DNA of 64,000 bases from Cyanophora paradoxa CCMP329 (Eukaryota; Plantae; Glaucophyta), in the NCBI GenBank assembly GCA_004431415.1, contig QPMI01000063.1, forward strand, positions 1-64,000. The letters run 5' to 3'. The position numbers and the translations under genes were made by a program. Under the pieces are notes generated by a model that saw only the letters and a program-made list of their open reading frames with translations, was not told the origin of the DNA and did not search any database. This document shows positions 35,501 through 48,581 of the stretch, piece by piece (the stretch's first letter is position 1; each line of letters begins with the position of its first letter).

Positions 35501-38500
35501 GTTCGGGCCGATCTATATGTAAACTCGGAGGCGACGGATACCTCGGCGGAGTGGCCGCAGGGGAGGGGCTTGGTGATGCGGAAGAGGCAGGGTCCGCACT
35601 CCTCGCTGCAGCGCTTCGGCCGCTGCGCCGCCGTGACGCACGGGTGCCCGCAGCCCGCGCCCCGCCGCTGGCAGTCCTTCCCGCAGCGGATCTGCGCGCG
35701 CGCGGGGCGACGGACCGTCGGACGCGGGCTGAGCGGCCGGCGCTGCTTCTCTGCTCGCCTCGGAAGCGATTAAAGTTCGCACCTCGACGTGTTCGCGGTC
35801 CTCGGGGTGGCAGCTCCGCGGGCACTGCGAGACCCGCGTCGGATCTCGGTCGGATAAATTTATAATTAACCTACAGCCTGCAGCCGGCGCCGGCGCACCT
35901 GGTGGCCGCAGTCGAGGCGGGCCTCGCAGGGCAGCGTGCAGCCGCCGTCCTTCACCGCCCGGAAGTCCGCCGCCGTCGCCACCCGCGTCTCCGTTTTTGG
36001 GTGCTGTCGGTGCCCCCCCCCCCCCCCCCCCCCCGGTCCGGTCAAGACGCAGGTGCGGAGCGGTGAAATTCAACGCGTCGGGCGCAGGCGGCGAAACAGA
36101 GGCGGTGAAACTTCGATATAAAATCAGGGCGACGAAGCGTGAAGCGGGGCGCGCACGATCTGGCAGCGGAGGGCGAGGCGGGGCCCTAGGGCGCCCTGCT
36201 CCTTCAGGGAGCGCAGGACGGCCTCCCAGAGGCGGCTCCGGCTCGCCTTCCGGCTCCACGCCTCCAGCATCCCCGCGTTCCCCACCGCGAAGAAGCCCAG
36301 CTGCGCGCGCCGTGCTTTGATTTTCAACGCAATTTCAACGTGGTGGGCAGGGGCGCACGCGGGCGCGGGAGAAGGCGACGCAGACGCGGTTGTCGATCCC
36401 GACGTGGCCCACCTGCGCGCCCTCCGACGTCGAGGCCCGGCCCCCGTGCACGGGCTCTTCCCCGCCCTCCCGTTCGCCCCGCTGCGGACCTTGCCCTCGG
36501 GGTTGGAGCGGACGACGGAGAGGAGGACGAGGTCGTTCTCCTCCCCCTGGTACTTGTCCACCGTCGTCACGTGCAACCCCTCCACCTGCCCGCGCAAATT
36601 AATTGCAAAGTTCAGTTGAAGGCTCGAGCGGCGAGCGGCGAGCTTATAAGTAATCAAGCGCGCGCACGCCGCGGCGCTTGAGGGACTCGCGGATGCGGAA
36701 GGCCTGGCCGAGGTAGAAGGTGAGGGCGGTGATCTGCGCGGGGCGGTAGCCCTGCAGCACCAGGTACCGCCCCAGCTCCGCCACGAACTCCGCCTCCCCC
36801 TGCGCCAAGGATACCGATGAGCTAGACTTGCGTCTCTACAAAACGCAAGGATCGGGATCGGGGCGGGCCTGGTGGGTGTGGGACATGGTCTCGCCGTCGA
36901 GGGCGTCCTCCGGGGCGCCGTGCTCCAGGAAGAAGACGTTCGACGCCACGCCCCGCACCCCCGGCCGCCCTGCGCGCGCGCCGCCCATGGCCATGGTCAG
37001 AAGCTCACGCCCAACTCGAGACGCTTAAATTGAGTAATTCGGATAATGTAGCGGCGCACCGTGGACGTCGGGGTGGTCGCGGAGGGAGGGGTAGAGGGAG
37101 GCGCGGACCTGGGCGGAGACCTCGGGCCGCATGCGGCGCTGCGTGCCCAGCGCCGCGTGCTCCGCCCCGTTCCGCACGAGCCGCTCGAAGAGCGAGAGGT
37201 CCAGGTGGAAGTCCCGCGAGAGCTTGTAACTGCGAGAAGCAAAGAATAAGATGTAATTTATAGACCTAGAGGATCGCGCGAGGTGTAATTCAAGCGCGAG
37301 AGCGCCCAATTGCAAGAAGAAGCTTACACGGCGGTGGAGGGGCGCAGCTGCTGGTGGTCCCCGATGAGGATGAGGTGCTTCGTCTGCCGTCGCCGTTGGT
37401 GTCATCAAATAAGTAATATAATTCATAGGTATTTCGCGTCAGCGCGCGCAATAGCTGCAGCTGATTCTAGATTCGCTTTTTCCCAATTGCAAGTTGGGTG
37501 GGGTCGGCTTGATCATGAGCTCACAGCCGGCGTGAGGGCGACGAGGATGTGCGCCTCCAGGACCTTGCGGGACTCGAAGTCAGCTCACTCGATTCTTCGA
37601 GTTGCGAATTCGAAGAGTTATTGCAGCGGCGCAGGGGCGGACCTCGGCGGCCTCCTCGACGATGACGACTTCGGCCCCCAGCTGCTGGATGAGCCTGCGA
37701 CCAGCGCGGCTCGAGCTTGAGGAGAAGAGCGTTTCAAAGAGGTCTAGGAGGCACCGGTGGTGCTTCGCGGCGCCCGTCGTCGTCATGCCGACCATGCGGG
37801 CGCGTTGCAGGATCTGCGAGCAGAAGAATTAAGCAGACGCGAAATTAAAAAAGGTTCGGTCTTATGTCTAATATGTCATTTTAATGTTGCTGCACCTTCA
37901 GGTCGCCAATGTACTGCAGCTCTTCTCGCTGCCTGCAGCGCCGAATCGAATCAGCTCGTGGCCAAATTTCAGCTAGGTATAGTTTTATTTGAGCTGTTTG
38001 CAAATTGCTGCAGAGCGCGCGCCTGCAGAGCTCGTTGTAGCGTCGCACGAGCAGCGCCAGCTCCTCCCGACGCGAATCCTGCAGATGAGATTTTAATCGA
38101 GGCTCGAGGCGAGTCGCCGGTCGGCCGCGGGGCGACGAGTGCGACGGGCCTGGAAGAGGCGGAGCCAGAGGCCGTAGAGGCGGTGCCGCTGGGCGCGGGG
38201 CAGGCGCCACACGTCGGGCGCCCCCAGCAGCGCCCCGTCGCGCCCCTCCTCCGCCGCCGCCATCTCCTCCAGGCCCTGCCCCGCCCCCGCCCCCGCCCCC
38301 TCCAGCTCCGCCCCGTCCTCGCTGTCCGAAGAGAGCGCAAGTTGCATCGGGTCGTCGACCTCCTCCCGCGGGGCGCCGGCGGCCGCGGTCGCCAGGGCTG
38401 CCTCGGTCGCCTCGCGCGCCCGCACGAGCCCGTCCACCATCCGCCCCTCATCTTCCATCTGAGGTGGCCGGTGGTCAGCCCAGGGGAGTATAAAACATTC

Positions 38501-41500
38501 TAGTGCGGGAGGCACACGTCGGCTTCGTCTTGCAGTACCAAGAAGCGGTTGCCCTGCGCCGCCCCGAGCCCTCGAGCCCCGATGTTTACGCGGCCGATCC
38601 CGCCGGCCGCGACCTCCGCGGCCGCCGGCGCCTCCGCCACCTCCCCCGGCGCGGGCGTCTCGAGCCACACGGCGAGGGGCCCGCGGGCCTCGAGAGCGGT
38701 CCCGCCGGCGCCGGCGCGCTCCCAGCCGCCCTCGCTGTCCGCCCGCAGCGAGGCCTCCTCGCGGGAGACGAGGTCGAAGAAGCCCGTGTAGAGGCTCGCG
38801 ATCTGGTGCGCCGGCGCCACCTGCGAGCGCGAACGCTCGGCTTGCGAGCTCTGGTCGGAAGGGCGCCGGCGCGCGCACCCGCTCGAGGAGGGGCATGGGC
38901 AGGCGCGCCGACTGCGCCATGTGCGGCTGCAACTCGTTCAGCTGCTCCTCCAGCCGCTTCAACTGGGACTGCGCATATGCATGTGCATGCGTGTGTGCAA
39001 AGTCAGAGTCTGCATATGCATCCGTGCCCTCCACTCTGTGCTGCAGAAATAAATCAAACGCGCACCGTGAGGACGCCCCACAGGCGGTTGACCTCGGGTT
39101 GCCCGCCCTCCACCCGTGCCGCCTGCCGCCTCTCCTGCGCGCGAAATTTTAAACGATCAGGCCGGCTGCAAAATTCCACAGATCTAGATTGTACGCTGAA
39201 ATTTTCTAGAACTAGCATCGCTATCAAGAGGAAAGAACGGAAGCGCGCGGCGCGCCTTCAGGTTGTAGGGCGCAAGGGCGTCGCTGCTGGAGCGCCCGCC
39301 GACGCGGACGAGGTCTTCCGGCGCGGGGCCCCGCCCGCCCGGCCGCGCCATCGCCCCGCACCGCAGGATCCCCTGCAATGGCGAGCTCGAGGTCACTCTA
39401 CATCTTGCTCAAACAGATAAAGCGGGGGACCTCGAGGAACTGGTCGAGAGCGTGGTTGGTGAAGCACATGACGAAGAGGGGCCGCCGGCGGCCGGCGCCG
39501 CCGCGCAGCGCCTCGTTGGCGAGGAGGATCTCCGCGAGGCGCAGACCGAGGTACGTCTTCCCCGTCCCCGGCGGGCCTGCGCGCGCGGAGGCGGAGGCGG
39601 CTCGAGGGCGAGCTGAGCTTGAGAGCGAGGCCGGGCAGGGCCGGGCCGGGGCGCACCCTGGATGACGGCGACCTGCTTGGTGAGGCCCAGCTTGAGCGCC
39701 GCGAGCTGGCTGCCGTCCAGGCTCGTCTCCAGCTCGGGCCACGCCGGCGCCAGCACCCGCACGCGGGCCCCCGCCGCGGCCCCCGCTCCCGAGCCGGCGA
39801 GGAGGACGGGGGAGAGGTCGAGGGCGGTGTCCGGGCCGATGTACGCGGGCGGCGGGAGCGAGGCGCCGGCGGCGCCGCGGACGAGCACGTCCTGGAAGGG
39901 GAGCTGCGCGGGGTCCATCGCCTGCCGAAATGAATCCCAAGTTCAGCGAAATTAGACCGGCGCGCGCATCACAACAGTAATCGCAAATCGAGTCAGTGAC
40001 TTGTCACCTGCAGCGCGCGCAGAACGTGCCGGTAAGCCTGCGCAGCGACCAGAGATTAGACTGTAAATATAATAAACCAGTCGACGTCGTTCTAAATTTT
40101 AAAGTAAATATCTTATTGATCTGCGCATGCGCGCCTCGAAGTAGACGGCGGAGGACTCGGCCATCTGGAGGGCGGCGCCGACGCGCAGCAGGCCGGCCGC
40201 CTCCGCCCCGGCCTCCTGCTCGTCCGGCAGCTCCCTGCGGAACAAATGAAAGAGACGCTTGTAAGCGCCGTCGGTGCGAGTTCAACTTTGAGAGAGGGCG
40301 CGCAGGTCGAGCATGAGGGCGTCGGGGTTCTGGAGGAGCCTGGGGTCCCTGTTCGCCACGACGGCCCACGCGACGCTGCGGAAGCCGTCCGCCGAGAGGC
40401 ATACCAGCGTCCCGTAGATCAGCCGCTGCGAGGCAGGGAGGGACGCGCGCGGGTCGGCGCCTGAACGGAGAGTCGGAGAGATGGGCGGGAGGCGGGGCAC
40501 CTGGGAGCGGGCCCAGTTGATGGCGCGGCGGGCCCCGTGGGGGCGGAAGGCGACGCGGTAGAGGATCCCCGACTTCGAGGTCAGCATCCCGACCACCTGG
40601 CCACGGAAGGCCCTCTCCGGTCGGCCCCACGTTCGCGACGAGCGGGCCGGCCGCGGGGCGAGCGCGCGCACGCGGCACTGGTCGTAGAGGCGGAACTCGC
40701 GGTTGGGCTTCCCCTCCAGGAAGTCGTGCACTGCGGGCCGGGGCCGAGGGCGATCACGATCACGACGGCGGATGGAATGAATCGAATTCGAAGCCAGGAA
40801 TTATTGAAATTCGGATGCGGACCGCCCTCGCGCATGGGCCGCAGGCAGTCTTCCCGCAAGAGCCTGCGCCAGGGTGAGCGAGGGTAGGGCCGTGGTCGCG
40901 AGAACTCTGAACGAAGCGGACGCGGACCCGAAGTGGGTCTCGAGGTACGTGGTGGCGTCGCTGTACTCCCCCGTGCGCTTGATCTTCCGCAGCGCGAGCC
41001 CGGCCTGTTCGGAGAGGGGTCGGCGGGCTTCGCAAGTGTGTGAGCCTGCCGGGGCGGACCATGCGCCGGGAGGAGACTTCTTCGGCGGTGGGGAGGATGG
41101 GCGCCGCGCGGTAGGACCCGTCGCTGGGGGGCGCCTCGGGCCCCTCGCCGCGCCGCCGGTCCGGCCGCTCGCGCCCGAAGGCGCGCTGGCAGCGCTCGCC
41201 GGCCTCGCGGAAGGCGGCGAGCAGCGCCCGCGCCGCCGCCTCCGCCCGCTCGTCGAAGGCGGCGGGGCGCAGGTCGAGGCCCGTCCGCACCGCCGCCGCC
41301 GGGCCCTGCATCTCCTGCGCGCGCCCCGGAGAATATACTTCAGCGGAAGCAGCACAAACATATCAAAACGGCGGCGCCTGGACGGAGTTGGGGAAGCGGG
41401 TGACGAGCTCCGTGAGGAGGGCGACGGCGTCGGACACCAGCCGCCGGTCGTCCTGCCCACGCCCGCACGTTCAACAGCCCGCGGCAAGGATCGGAGGGGC

Positions 41501-43427
41501 GGGGCGGGCCGGACCTCGGCGGGGGGGCCGCGCGCCGCGCCCTCCTCCGGGGGGGCGAAGGCCGCGTAGAGGCGCTCCTGCGCGCGCCGGGCCGGGCGGG
41601 GCGGGTCGGGTCTCAGACGGGAGAGAGCGAGCCGGCTGAAGCGTGCTTATAAATTATAAGGGGCAAGGGGACCTGGAGGGAGGTGAAGAAGCCGCCGCCG
41701 AAGAGAGTGGCGTACAGCGCATTGACGTTCTCCCTGCGGGACGACGTAGGGGGTGAGAGCTGGCCCGAGGGGCCGCGCAGCGCTGCGCGGGCCGGGGGCA
41801 CCGGAGGATGTGCCCGCGCATGTCGGGCGCCGCGAGGAGGGCGACGAGGAGGGCGAGGGGCCGGGCCTCGAGGCGGGGCAGCCGCGCGAGCCCCGCCACG
41901 CCCGTCTTCAGCACCGGCTTCGCCAGGACGGGCGTCAGGCCGTCGGGGCCCGCCGCCTCCCGCGCGACCGACTCCAGCCACCGGACCTGAGGCGGAAGTC
42001 TCAGGTTTGCCCACAAGGGACGGCCGCGTGAGCCGCGGGCTGGACTCGGCGAACCTGGTCGGCCAGGGTCCGGAAGGTGCCGTCCCACGGCCCTTTCTTC
42101 TCGCTGGCCGCCGCCGCGGCTTCCGAGGTCGAATTCGAAGCGCCAGCCGCGGCGCCAGCGGCCGCCGCCCCTGCCCTAGGCCTGGCGCGCGAAGACGCCG
42201 GGGCGGCGGGGGCCGCCGGGGCTGCAGGGGCGGGCGCCGCCGCTGCCGGCTGCCCTGCAGCTGCAGCTGCGCCTTCGGAGCGGACGCGGGCCAGGACGCA
42301 GGGCGCCCTCTGCGCCAGGCAGTCGCGGAGGTCCTCCTGCGTGACCACGGCCGTCTCCCACCTGCGCGAAACATTAACATTGCGGGTCAGAAATCGAAGA
42401 AATGCGAGAGGCGCCGGCAAGTTTAAGAGGCCAAGGCCGCGGATCCGGAGCCTCCCCGCGAGGCACTGCGCGCACTCTTCGTCGTCCTTGTAGAACAGGC
42501 TGACCGAGGCTTTGCTCAGCCCGAGGGCCGCCGTCGCTTTGGCGGCGATGAGCCCGCGCAGCTGCTCGGGCGAGGTCGTCGGCGACACGCCGTGGATCTG
42601 CGGGCCGGGCCGGGGCCGTTCAGCGGTTTCAGGAGCGGGCGCGCCGCGGACAGAGCGGAAGGCGGGCCTTTAGAGGTAGGTCCTGGAGGCCGGGACGCTG
42701 CAGCAGGACGCGCACGGCCGCTCCGCCGCCGCTGCTGCCGGCGCCTCCGGGCGCGTTCGCTGCATGCGCAGCGGAGGACGCCTCCGGCCGATGCGGCGCT
42801 GGCGCAGTGGCGAGCGCTTGAGAATGGCTAGATCTCGGAGCTGCGATAGGTCTGGCTGCGGACGTCGCTAAAGCTGCTGCGGATGCGACTGCAGTGGAGG
42901 CGCCGTTTCGGGCGCTCGAGCTCGTGCACGTGCCAGCGGCTACTGAGGCGCCGAACGAGCTTGCCCCTCGACCTGCACTGAAACTGCTGCTGCTTCCGCT
43001 CCTGCCTCTGCCGCGCACGCTGGGGCCCGGGCTGCTGTTGACCGGTCCGACAGCTGCAGCGGGGCCGGCGATCGTGTGCGAATAGGGGCAATCGCTACCC
43101 TTCTTGCAGCTGCCGCGCTCCACGAGGAACTTGCACGGCACGCGCCCTCGTCCGCCACTGGCCATGGCGCCGCGGCCGGCGCTGGCGACGCGTACGGCGC
43201 CGCCGCGAGACGTCGACCCGTCGACGTCGACGCGTACGCCAGACGGCGACGCGCCGCCGGAACCGCGCTGCGCGGGTGCGCCGCGCGCGCTCTGCTGCGA
43301 GGGACCCGCTCCGAGCGCGTCGAATCCGTCGTCCTCTCCCCAGCGGCCCTGGTGAAGAGTGCGACCGGTCAAGCGCGACGTCGCCGACGCGCTCGCGGCG
43401 CGCGCCTGCGCGCACCTCCCCTCCCAT
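32526..43427 (-). CDS. ZNFX1: NFX1-type zinc finger-containing protein 1-like SF1 helicase (multi-exon)
   Basis: LLREDC, YFE|AYRHVL, QGPPGTGKT, CFTNHALDQFLE, VGMTTTGAAK, IVEEAAEV, LIGDHQQLRP, SLFERL, QRRMRP, VDKYQGEE...VRSN, NF-X1 Cys/His repeats, C-terminal RZ finger CPNGHPYAIGECGGAM...CPECG..IGG..H. Confidence 0.92.
33098..33292. repeat. Degenerate intronic tandem repeat (AGCTTCGAATTCTA..TCTTGA...AAAGGGTCC)
   Basis: Two to three imperfect copies visible within a ZNFX1 intron. Confidence 0.5.
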
Positions 43428-43931
43428 GAAAGCGTCGATGCTGCTCCCTTCTCGCACGCGGCACTGGCGGGGCGCGGCTGATCGCCGCCCTCAAGGAGCC
43501 CGAGTTCACTCGAGATTTCGATCGAAGTGGCGACGGTGCAGCACCTTGTGCTACTATAGAGATTGGCAGCCGCGCCAATCTAAGAGCTTTGAGCGCATGG
43601 GCGCTGCGGCTTGACCTCGCGCTGCTACTGCCTGCCAGCGCCAGAGGGATACCCTGTTCTTCGTTCGCAAGCGGTCCGCAGCTGCAGGCGCGCGCCTACA
43701 CGTGGTCCTCAGCACGCCCGCCCGCTGGATCTCACAGCTTCATCAAAGCTAGCCTGCGCATGCGGATTGAGCGCGCTTAGAACCAGAATCCGTCGACGTC
43801 CATCGTCCATCCATCGCGGACGAGAGTCGACGGGCGAGCTTAGGGCGCGACCAGACCTGGATTGAGCGCATCGCTAGTTGGATCGAGCAGTCTGCGTTCG
43901 AGCCCACTTCCGGTCCAACGCGTGAACCTCG

Positions 43932-46340
43932 ATGGACGCCGCAGCCGCGAGCGGAGCGCCGGCCGCGGGCCAGCCGGCGTCCGCGGGGCCGAGCAGGGAA
44001 GCGCATAAGGCGGCCCGCGTCCTCGCGAACGTCTTCCTGGTGGCGCTCCTCGACCTGACCTCCGCGGGCATTCTCGTCCCGCTGCTGCCGGCGTACGCGG
44101 AGCAGGAGTTCGGCGCGACGAGCCCGCAGATCGGCGTGCTCCTCGGTGCGCGTTCCTGGGCTGCGTCCGCGCGCGCTCCGCCCTGACCGCTGCCGCCGGG
44201 GCGAAGGGACGTACGCGGCGGCGCAGCTCGTGGGGAACCCGATCGCGGGGCGGGTCTCGGACCGGCGCGGCCGCAAGTCGGTCATGCTCGTCTGCCTCGC
44301 CGGCGTCGCCCTCGGCTACGCCCTCCTCGCCTCCGCCACGTCCCTCTCCGCCCTCTTCGCCGCCCGCGCCCTCGCCGGCCTCCTCGGCGCGAACAGGCGC
44401 GCCCGCCCGCCCCGCGCGCGTTCGAAGCCGGCTTCTGAGCCTGAGGCGGGCCCGGGCAGCGCCGTGGCGCAGGCGTACATCAGCGACCACACAGGCGAGG
44501 CGGACCGCGCCCGCGGCCTCGGCCTCCTCGGCGCAGCCTTCGGGTGCGCGCGCCCGTGTACCCCCCTCCCTTCCCGCCGCCCTCGCGGCCCGACGCCGGC
44601 CGGCGCAGCATCGGCTTCGTGGTGGGCCCCGCCCTGGGCGGCGCCCTCGGCGCTCACTACGGGTACCGCGTGCCCGCACTCGTCGCCGCCGGCCTCTCCG
44701 CCGCCAACGTGCGTACCCCCCGCGGCCCTGTGGCCCGGCCCTGCCGCCCCCGCGATCCCCCTCGCAGGTCCTCCTCGCGGCGTCGCTCCTCCCCGCCTCG
44801 AGGCCGGCGGCGGCCGCCTCCCCCGCCGCCCCCGCGGCCGCCCCCCACTCCTGGCGGAGCCTGCGCGCCCCCGCCTTCTTCCTCCTCGCCGCCCGCCTCG
44901 TCTTCGGCCTCAGGTACCCCCCCGCGGCCCCGCCCCCGCCTCCCGCGCTCCATCTGACGCCGTACCCCCAGCTTCTACGCCTTCCGAACGGCCTTTCCCC
45001 TCTTCGCCCGCCACCGGTGCCCCCCTTGCGACTGCTCCCCCCTGCCGTCGCCGAGCAGCCGTGCCCACAGGCTCGGCCTCGACGCAAAGGGTACGGGCTA
45101 CCTTCTCTCCTACCTCGGTGCGGTACCCCCGCGCCGCGTTTCTGTACCCCTCCCCTAACCCCTTTCGCCCAGGCCTGCTCGTTGGCGCCGTCCAGGTCCC
45201 TTGTACACGTTCAGTCCTCCTTCGCCCGAACTGATCGAGTACCCCGGCAGGGCAAGGGGGTGGGGCGGGCCGCCAAGCGCTGGCCGGAGCCGCCCCTCGT
45301 CCTCGCCTCCTGCCTCGCCCTCGCCGCCTCCCTCCAGGCGACCCGTACCCCCAGCGGGCTTCCCCCCCCCCCCCGCTGACGCGCCGCGGGCAGCTCTGGG
45401 GATCGGCGGCGACGCTCCGCGGCACCATGTTGGCGCTGATACCCCTGGCGGCCGCGAACGGGTTCCCCCTCCCCGTTCCCGACCGTTTCTCCGGCCGGTG
45501 CCGACGCGTACCCCGCAGGATGCTGATGACTTGCATCAACTCGCTGCTGACCAAGGTCGTCCCCAAGGTCAATCCCGTACCCCTCCGGCGGCTGTACCCC
45601 CGTTGAACCGACGCAGGAGGACGTGGGCCTCGTGCTGGGCCTTTCGGCCGCAGCGGACAGCGTGGCAAAGGCGGCCGCGCCGCCGGCAGCCGGGTCCGCC
45701 CGCTCCCCGCCCCCCCCCCCCCTCCCCCCCCCCCCGCCCCCCCCCCCTTCCGCCCCCGCCCCCCGCCCCTACTGACTGGGGCCGGGGTAGCGTGCTCATC
45801 GCCTCGCACGGGCAGGGGGCCCCGGTGCGCCCCGCGCGCAGCGTCCCGGGCCCTCCCCTGCGAGCCGACGCTTGGGGCCTCGCGGCAGGCGCCGCCGGGT
45901 GCGCCCTCATGCTGGTGGACGCGGCGTGCCTGTGGCTCGCCTTCCGGTCGGGGCCCTTCCGCGCGGCGCTGGCGGCCTCGCGCGAGCACGAGCGCGCCGG
46001 CGAGGTGAAGAAGGCCGAGCGGCACGCCCGCGCCCTCGCCCGCGCCGAGGAGCTCGCCGCCGCCGCCGGCGAGGGGGCGGGAGGGGCGGGGCGCGCAGGC
46101 GGCCCCCGGCGGCGGCGGCCGGCGCGGGTCCCGCCGGCGCCGCCCGCAGTTTTGATTCGGAGTAGCAGCGGCCTGACAGCATCCCATCGTGGTCGTGACT
46201 TTTGCCGCTATAGATCTACCGATTTCTCTCGCGAATCAGCAGTCCCTTCCCTGAACAGTGAATGTACACATGTCACTGTGCTTAGTGCACGTGTGCTTGC
46301 CACGGTGCACGTGTGCTTGTCACGTCTAAACGTTCGTTAA
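43932..46340 (+). CDS. Major facilitator superfamily transporter (TetA/DHA1-like), multi-exon; 3' end uncertain
   Basis: GILVPLLP, motif A GRVSDRRGRK, ARALAG, AQAYISD...RARGLG, motif C GFVVGPALGG. Confidence 0.85.
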
Positions 46341-47192
46341 GCTTGAGCTTGGCGTGCGCCCGGCCGGCTCATCATGATCAATGCCTTAGCTTGTGCATGC
46401 ATATGTGCATGGTGGACGGACCGGACGGCTCCCGGGCCCCGGGCCCCGGCTAATCATGAATCGGCTTCGAGACTCTGAGAAGCATGCATGCGCCACGCCG
46501 CGCGCGCGCGCCGCGCGCGCGCGCGTGCGTGCGCGGCCCACGCCGGCGCCGGCGCCGTACGCGTGATCGACGTCCCCTGACGCGTACGCGCACGGGGACG
46601 CGTATACGTACGAGCGCGCGGCGCATGCGCAGCGCCGAGGCTCCATGGCCAGCCGCCAGGCGCGCGCGCGCGCCGCGGCGCGCTCGAGGCTCGGCGCCCG
46701 GCGCCGGCGGCGGCCACGGTCGCGGACTCGCGGTGCACTGCGGCACGTGGCCTCGGCGCCGGTGCACTGCGGCACGTGGCCTCGGCGCTGGTGCCGGCGG
46801 TCGCGCGCGCGGCGCCGCGGCGGTGCACTGCGGCCGCGGCGCGTCGCCGGCGCGCTCCGGCCGGCCGGGATCGATATCGGACTCGGACCGGCCTCCGCGC
46901 CCAGGGGATCTGAGGGGATACGTATACCAGGCCACGGGGGATACCACTGTCAGCGGAAAAAAATCAATTTCTTCGATTTCATGGCAAATTCATGCATGAA
47001 ACTCCGGTGCGGGCCGGGTACGCATTAGTGCCAAGCTTTTTTTAAGTTGCAGCCAACCGCGCGCATGCGCATATATCAGCCTCGGGTCCCAGCCCTGCAT
47101 ACAAGGCGCACCGAGCTACTGCCAACCTCGTGATTGGTGGACTCCTGATGCCGCAAATCTGCACAAAAGGCAGTATTAAGAAGTTGCAGCCC

Positions 47193-47543
47193 TTCTTCTA
47201 CGCTCCGCCCGCGGCTGCGGTGCTCGGCGCGCGTCCGGGCCTTCTGATTGCAAGGGCGAGCCTCGGAGCGAGAGGGAGATGAAGGGGTACGGCCTCATTG
47301 GGCCGTGACCTTAGCGTCACGGCTCCAAAGGAGGTCGACCCGAGGAAGGGTCCCCTGAGGCCGAAAAGGGAGACCACGTATTGCCTAACAGGCGTGGTTG
47401 GGGGGGATATCTCTTCACCCCCCGTTTGCCGCGGGGGTACACGTTTTGCTGCCCGGGTACGCAATCGCGCCTCGCGGGTACGCGATTTCGGATCGCGCCT
47501 CGCTGGGGTACGCGATTTCGTCGGGGGTACAGCATCAAAAGCC
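47193..47543 (-). repeat. Split direct repeat B2 (351 bp)
   Basis: Matches 48231..48581; one mismatch seen (47342 G vs 48380 A). Confidence 0.95.
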
Positions 47544-48025
47544 GAAAATAAAGGACTGCACGAAGGCAGCCACCACTCGCATGACAGCCCGAAGGCCCGC
47601 GAAGTGGCACGGGCCGAAGCCCAGGCCTCAAGGGAAAAACCCGACTGGGCGTTGCCCCACCTTGGGTCGAAAGACAGAAATAACGCGTGAAAACTATACA
47701 AATCTGACCGGGCGGCCTAGACCCGGTCCCGATTGCGCGCGATCGAAATCGAAAGAACCTGATCATGAAATAACCAGACTATGATCATGATCATGAGACA
47801 GACTGCAAAAAATGCCTGAACTCGCGATATCGCGATCGATCGAGCCGACGCCCGATTCCCGGATCGGAGTCGACGTCCGGCACGATTAAAGAAGAGGAAG
47901 CGAACGTCACCTCGCGATCGAGCTCCAAATTATAATTAAATTCGGATCCTCGGATCCGGATATAGATGGTCATGATCATCGCGCCGCGGCGATCGGATAG
48001 GTGCAGTTGGGGATGGTGGGTGGGT

Positions 48026-48230
48026 CGGCGAAGACGCTGGAAGCCTCGCTCTAGGTAGCGAGGACAGGGAACAAAGACTGGAGGGGTACAGCTTGCGCAG
48101 TCTAGGGCTGTACTCAGCGCGAGATCGAGGGCCGGAGTTCGAGCGGCGCGGGACGCCCGGCTCGCACCCTCCGCCCGGTCTCGCTTGAAGAAAGCTGGTT
48201 ACTCTCACGCTCTGCTGGAGTAACCCTTCA
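48026..48230 (-). repeat. Split direct repeat A2 (205 bp)
   Basis: Matches 55704..55908; abuts B1. Confidence 0.95.
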
Positions 48231-48581
48231 TTCTTCTACGCTCCGCCCGCGGCTGCGGTGCTCGGCGCGCGTCCGGGCCTTCTGATTGCAAGGGCGAGCC
48301 TCGGAGCGAGAGGGAGATGAAGGGGTACGGCCTCATTGGGCCGTGACCTTAGCGTCACGGCTCCAAAGGAGGTCGACCCAAGGAAGGGTCCCCTGAGGCC
48401 GAAAAGGGAGACCACGTATTGCCTAACAGGCGTGGTTGGGGGGGATATCTCTTCACCCCCCGTTTGCCGCGGGGGTACACGTTTTGCTGCCCGGGTACGC
48501 AATCGCGCCTCGCGGGTACGCGATTTCGGATCGCGCCTCGCTGGGGTACGCGATTTCGTCGGGGGTACAGCATCAAAAGCC
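48231..48581 (-). repeat. Split direct repeat B1 (351 bp)
   Basis: Matches 47193..47543. Confidence 0.95.

Noticed and set aside
15967-46999. Hundreds of long overlapping Arg/Pro/Gly/Ala-rich ORFs
   Set aside because: Shadow ORFs caused by stop-codon scarcity at very high GC. The real genes are spliced and were called from motifs.
47193-48581. LTR pair of a small LTR element
   Set aside because: Explained by the split-direct-repeat layout of the YR retrotransposon; no DDE integrase or TG...CA ends.
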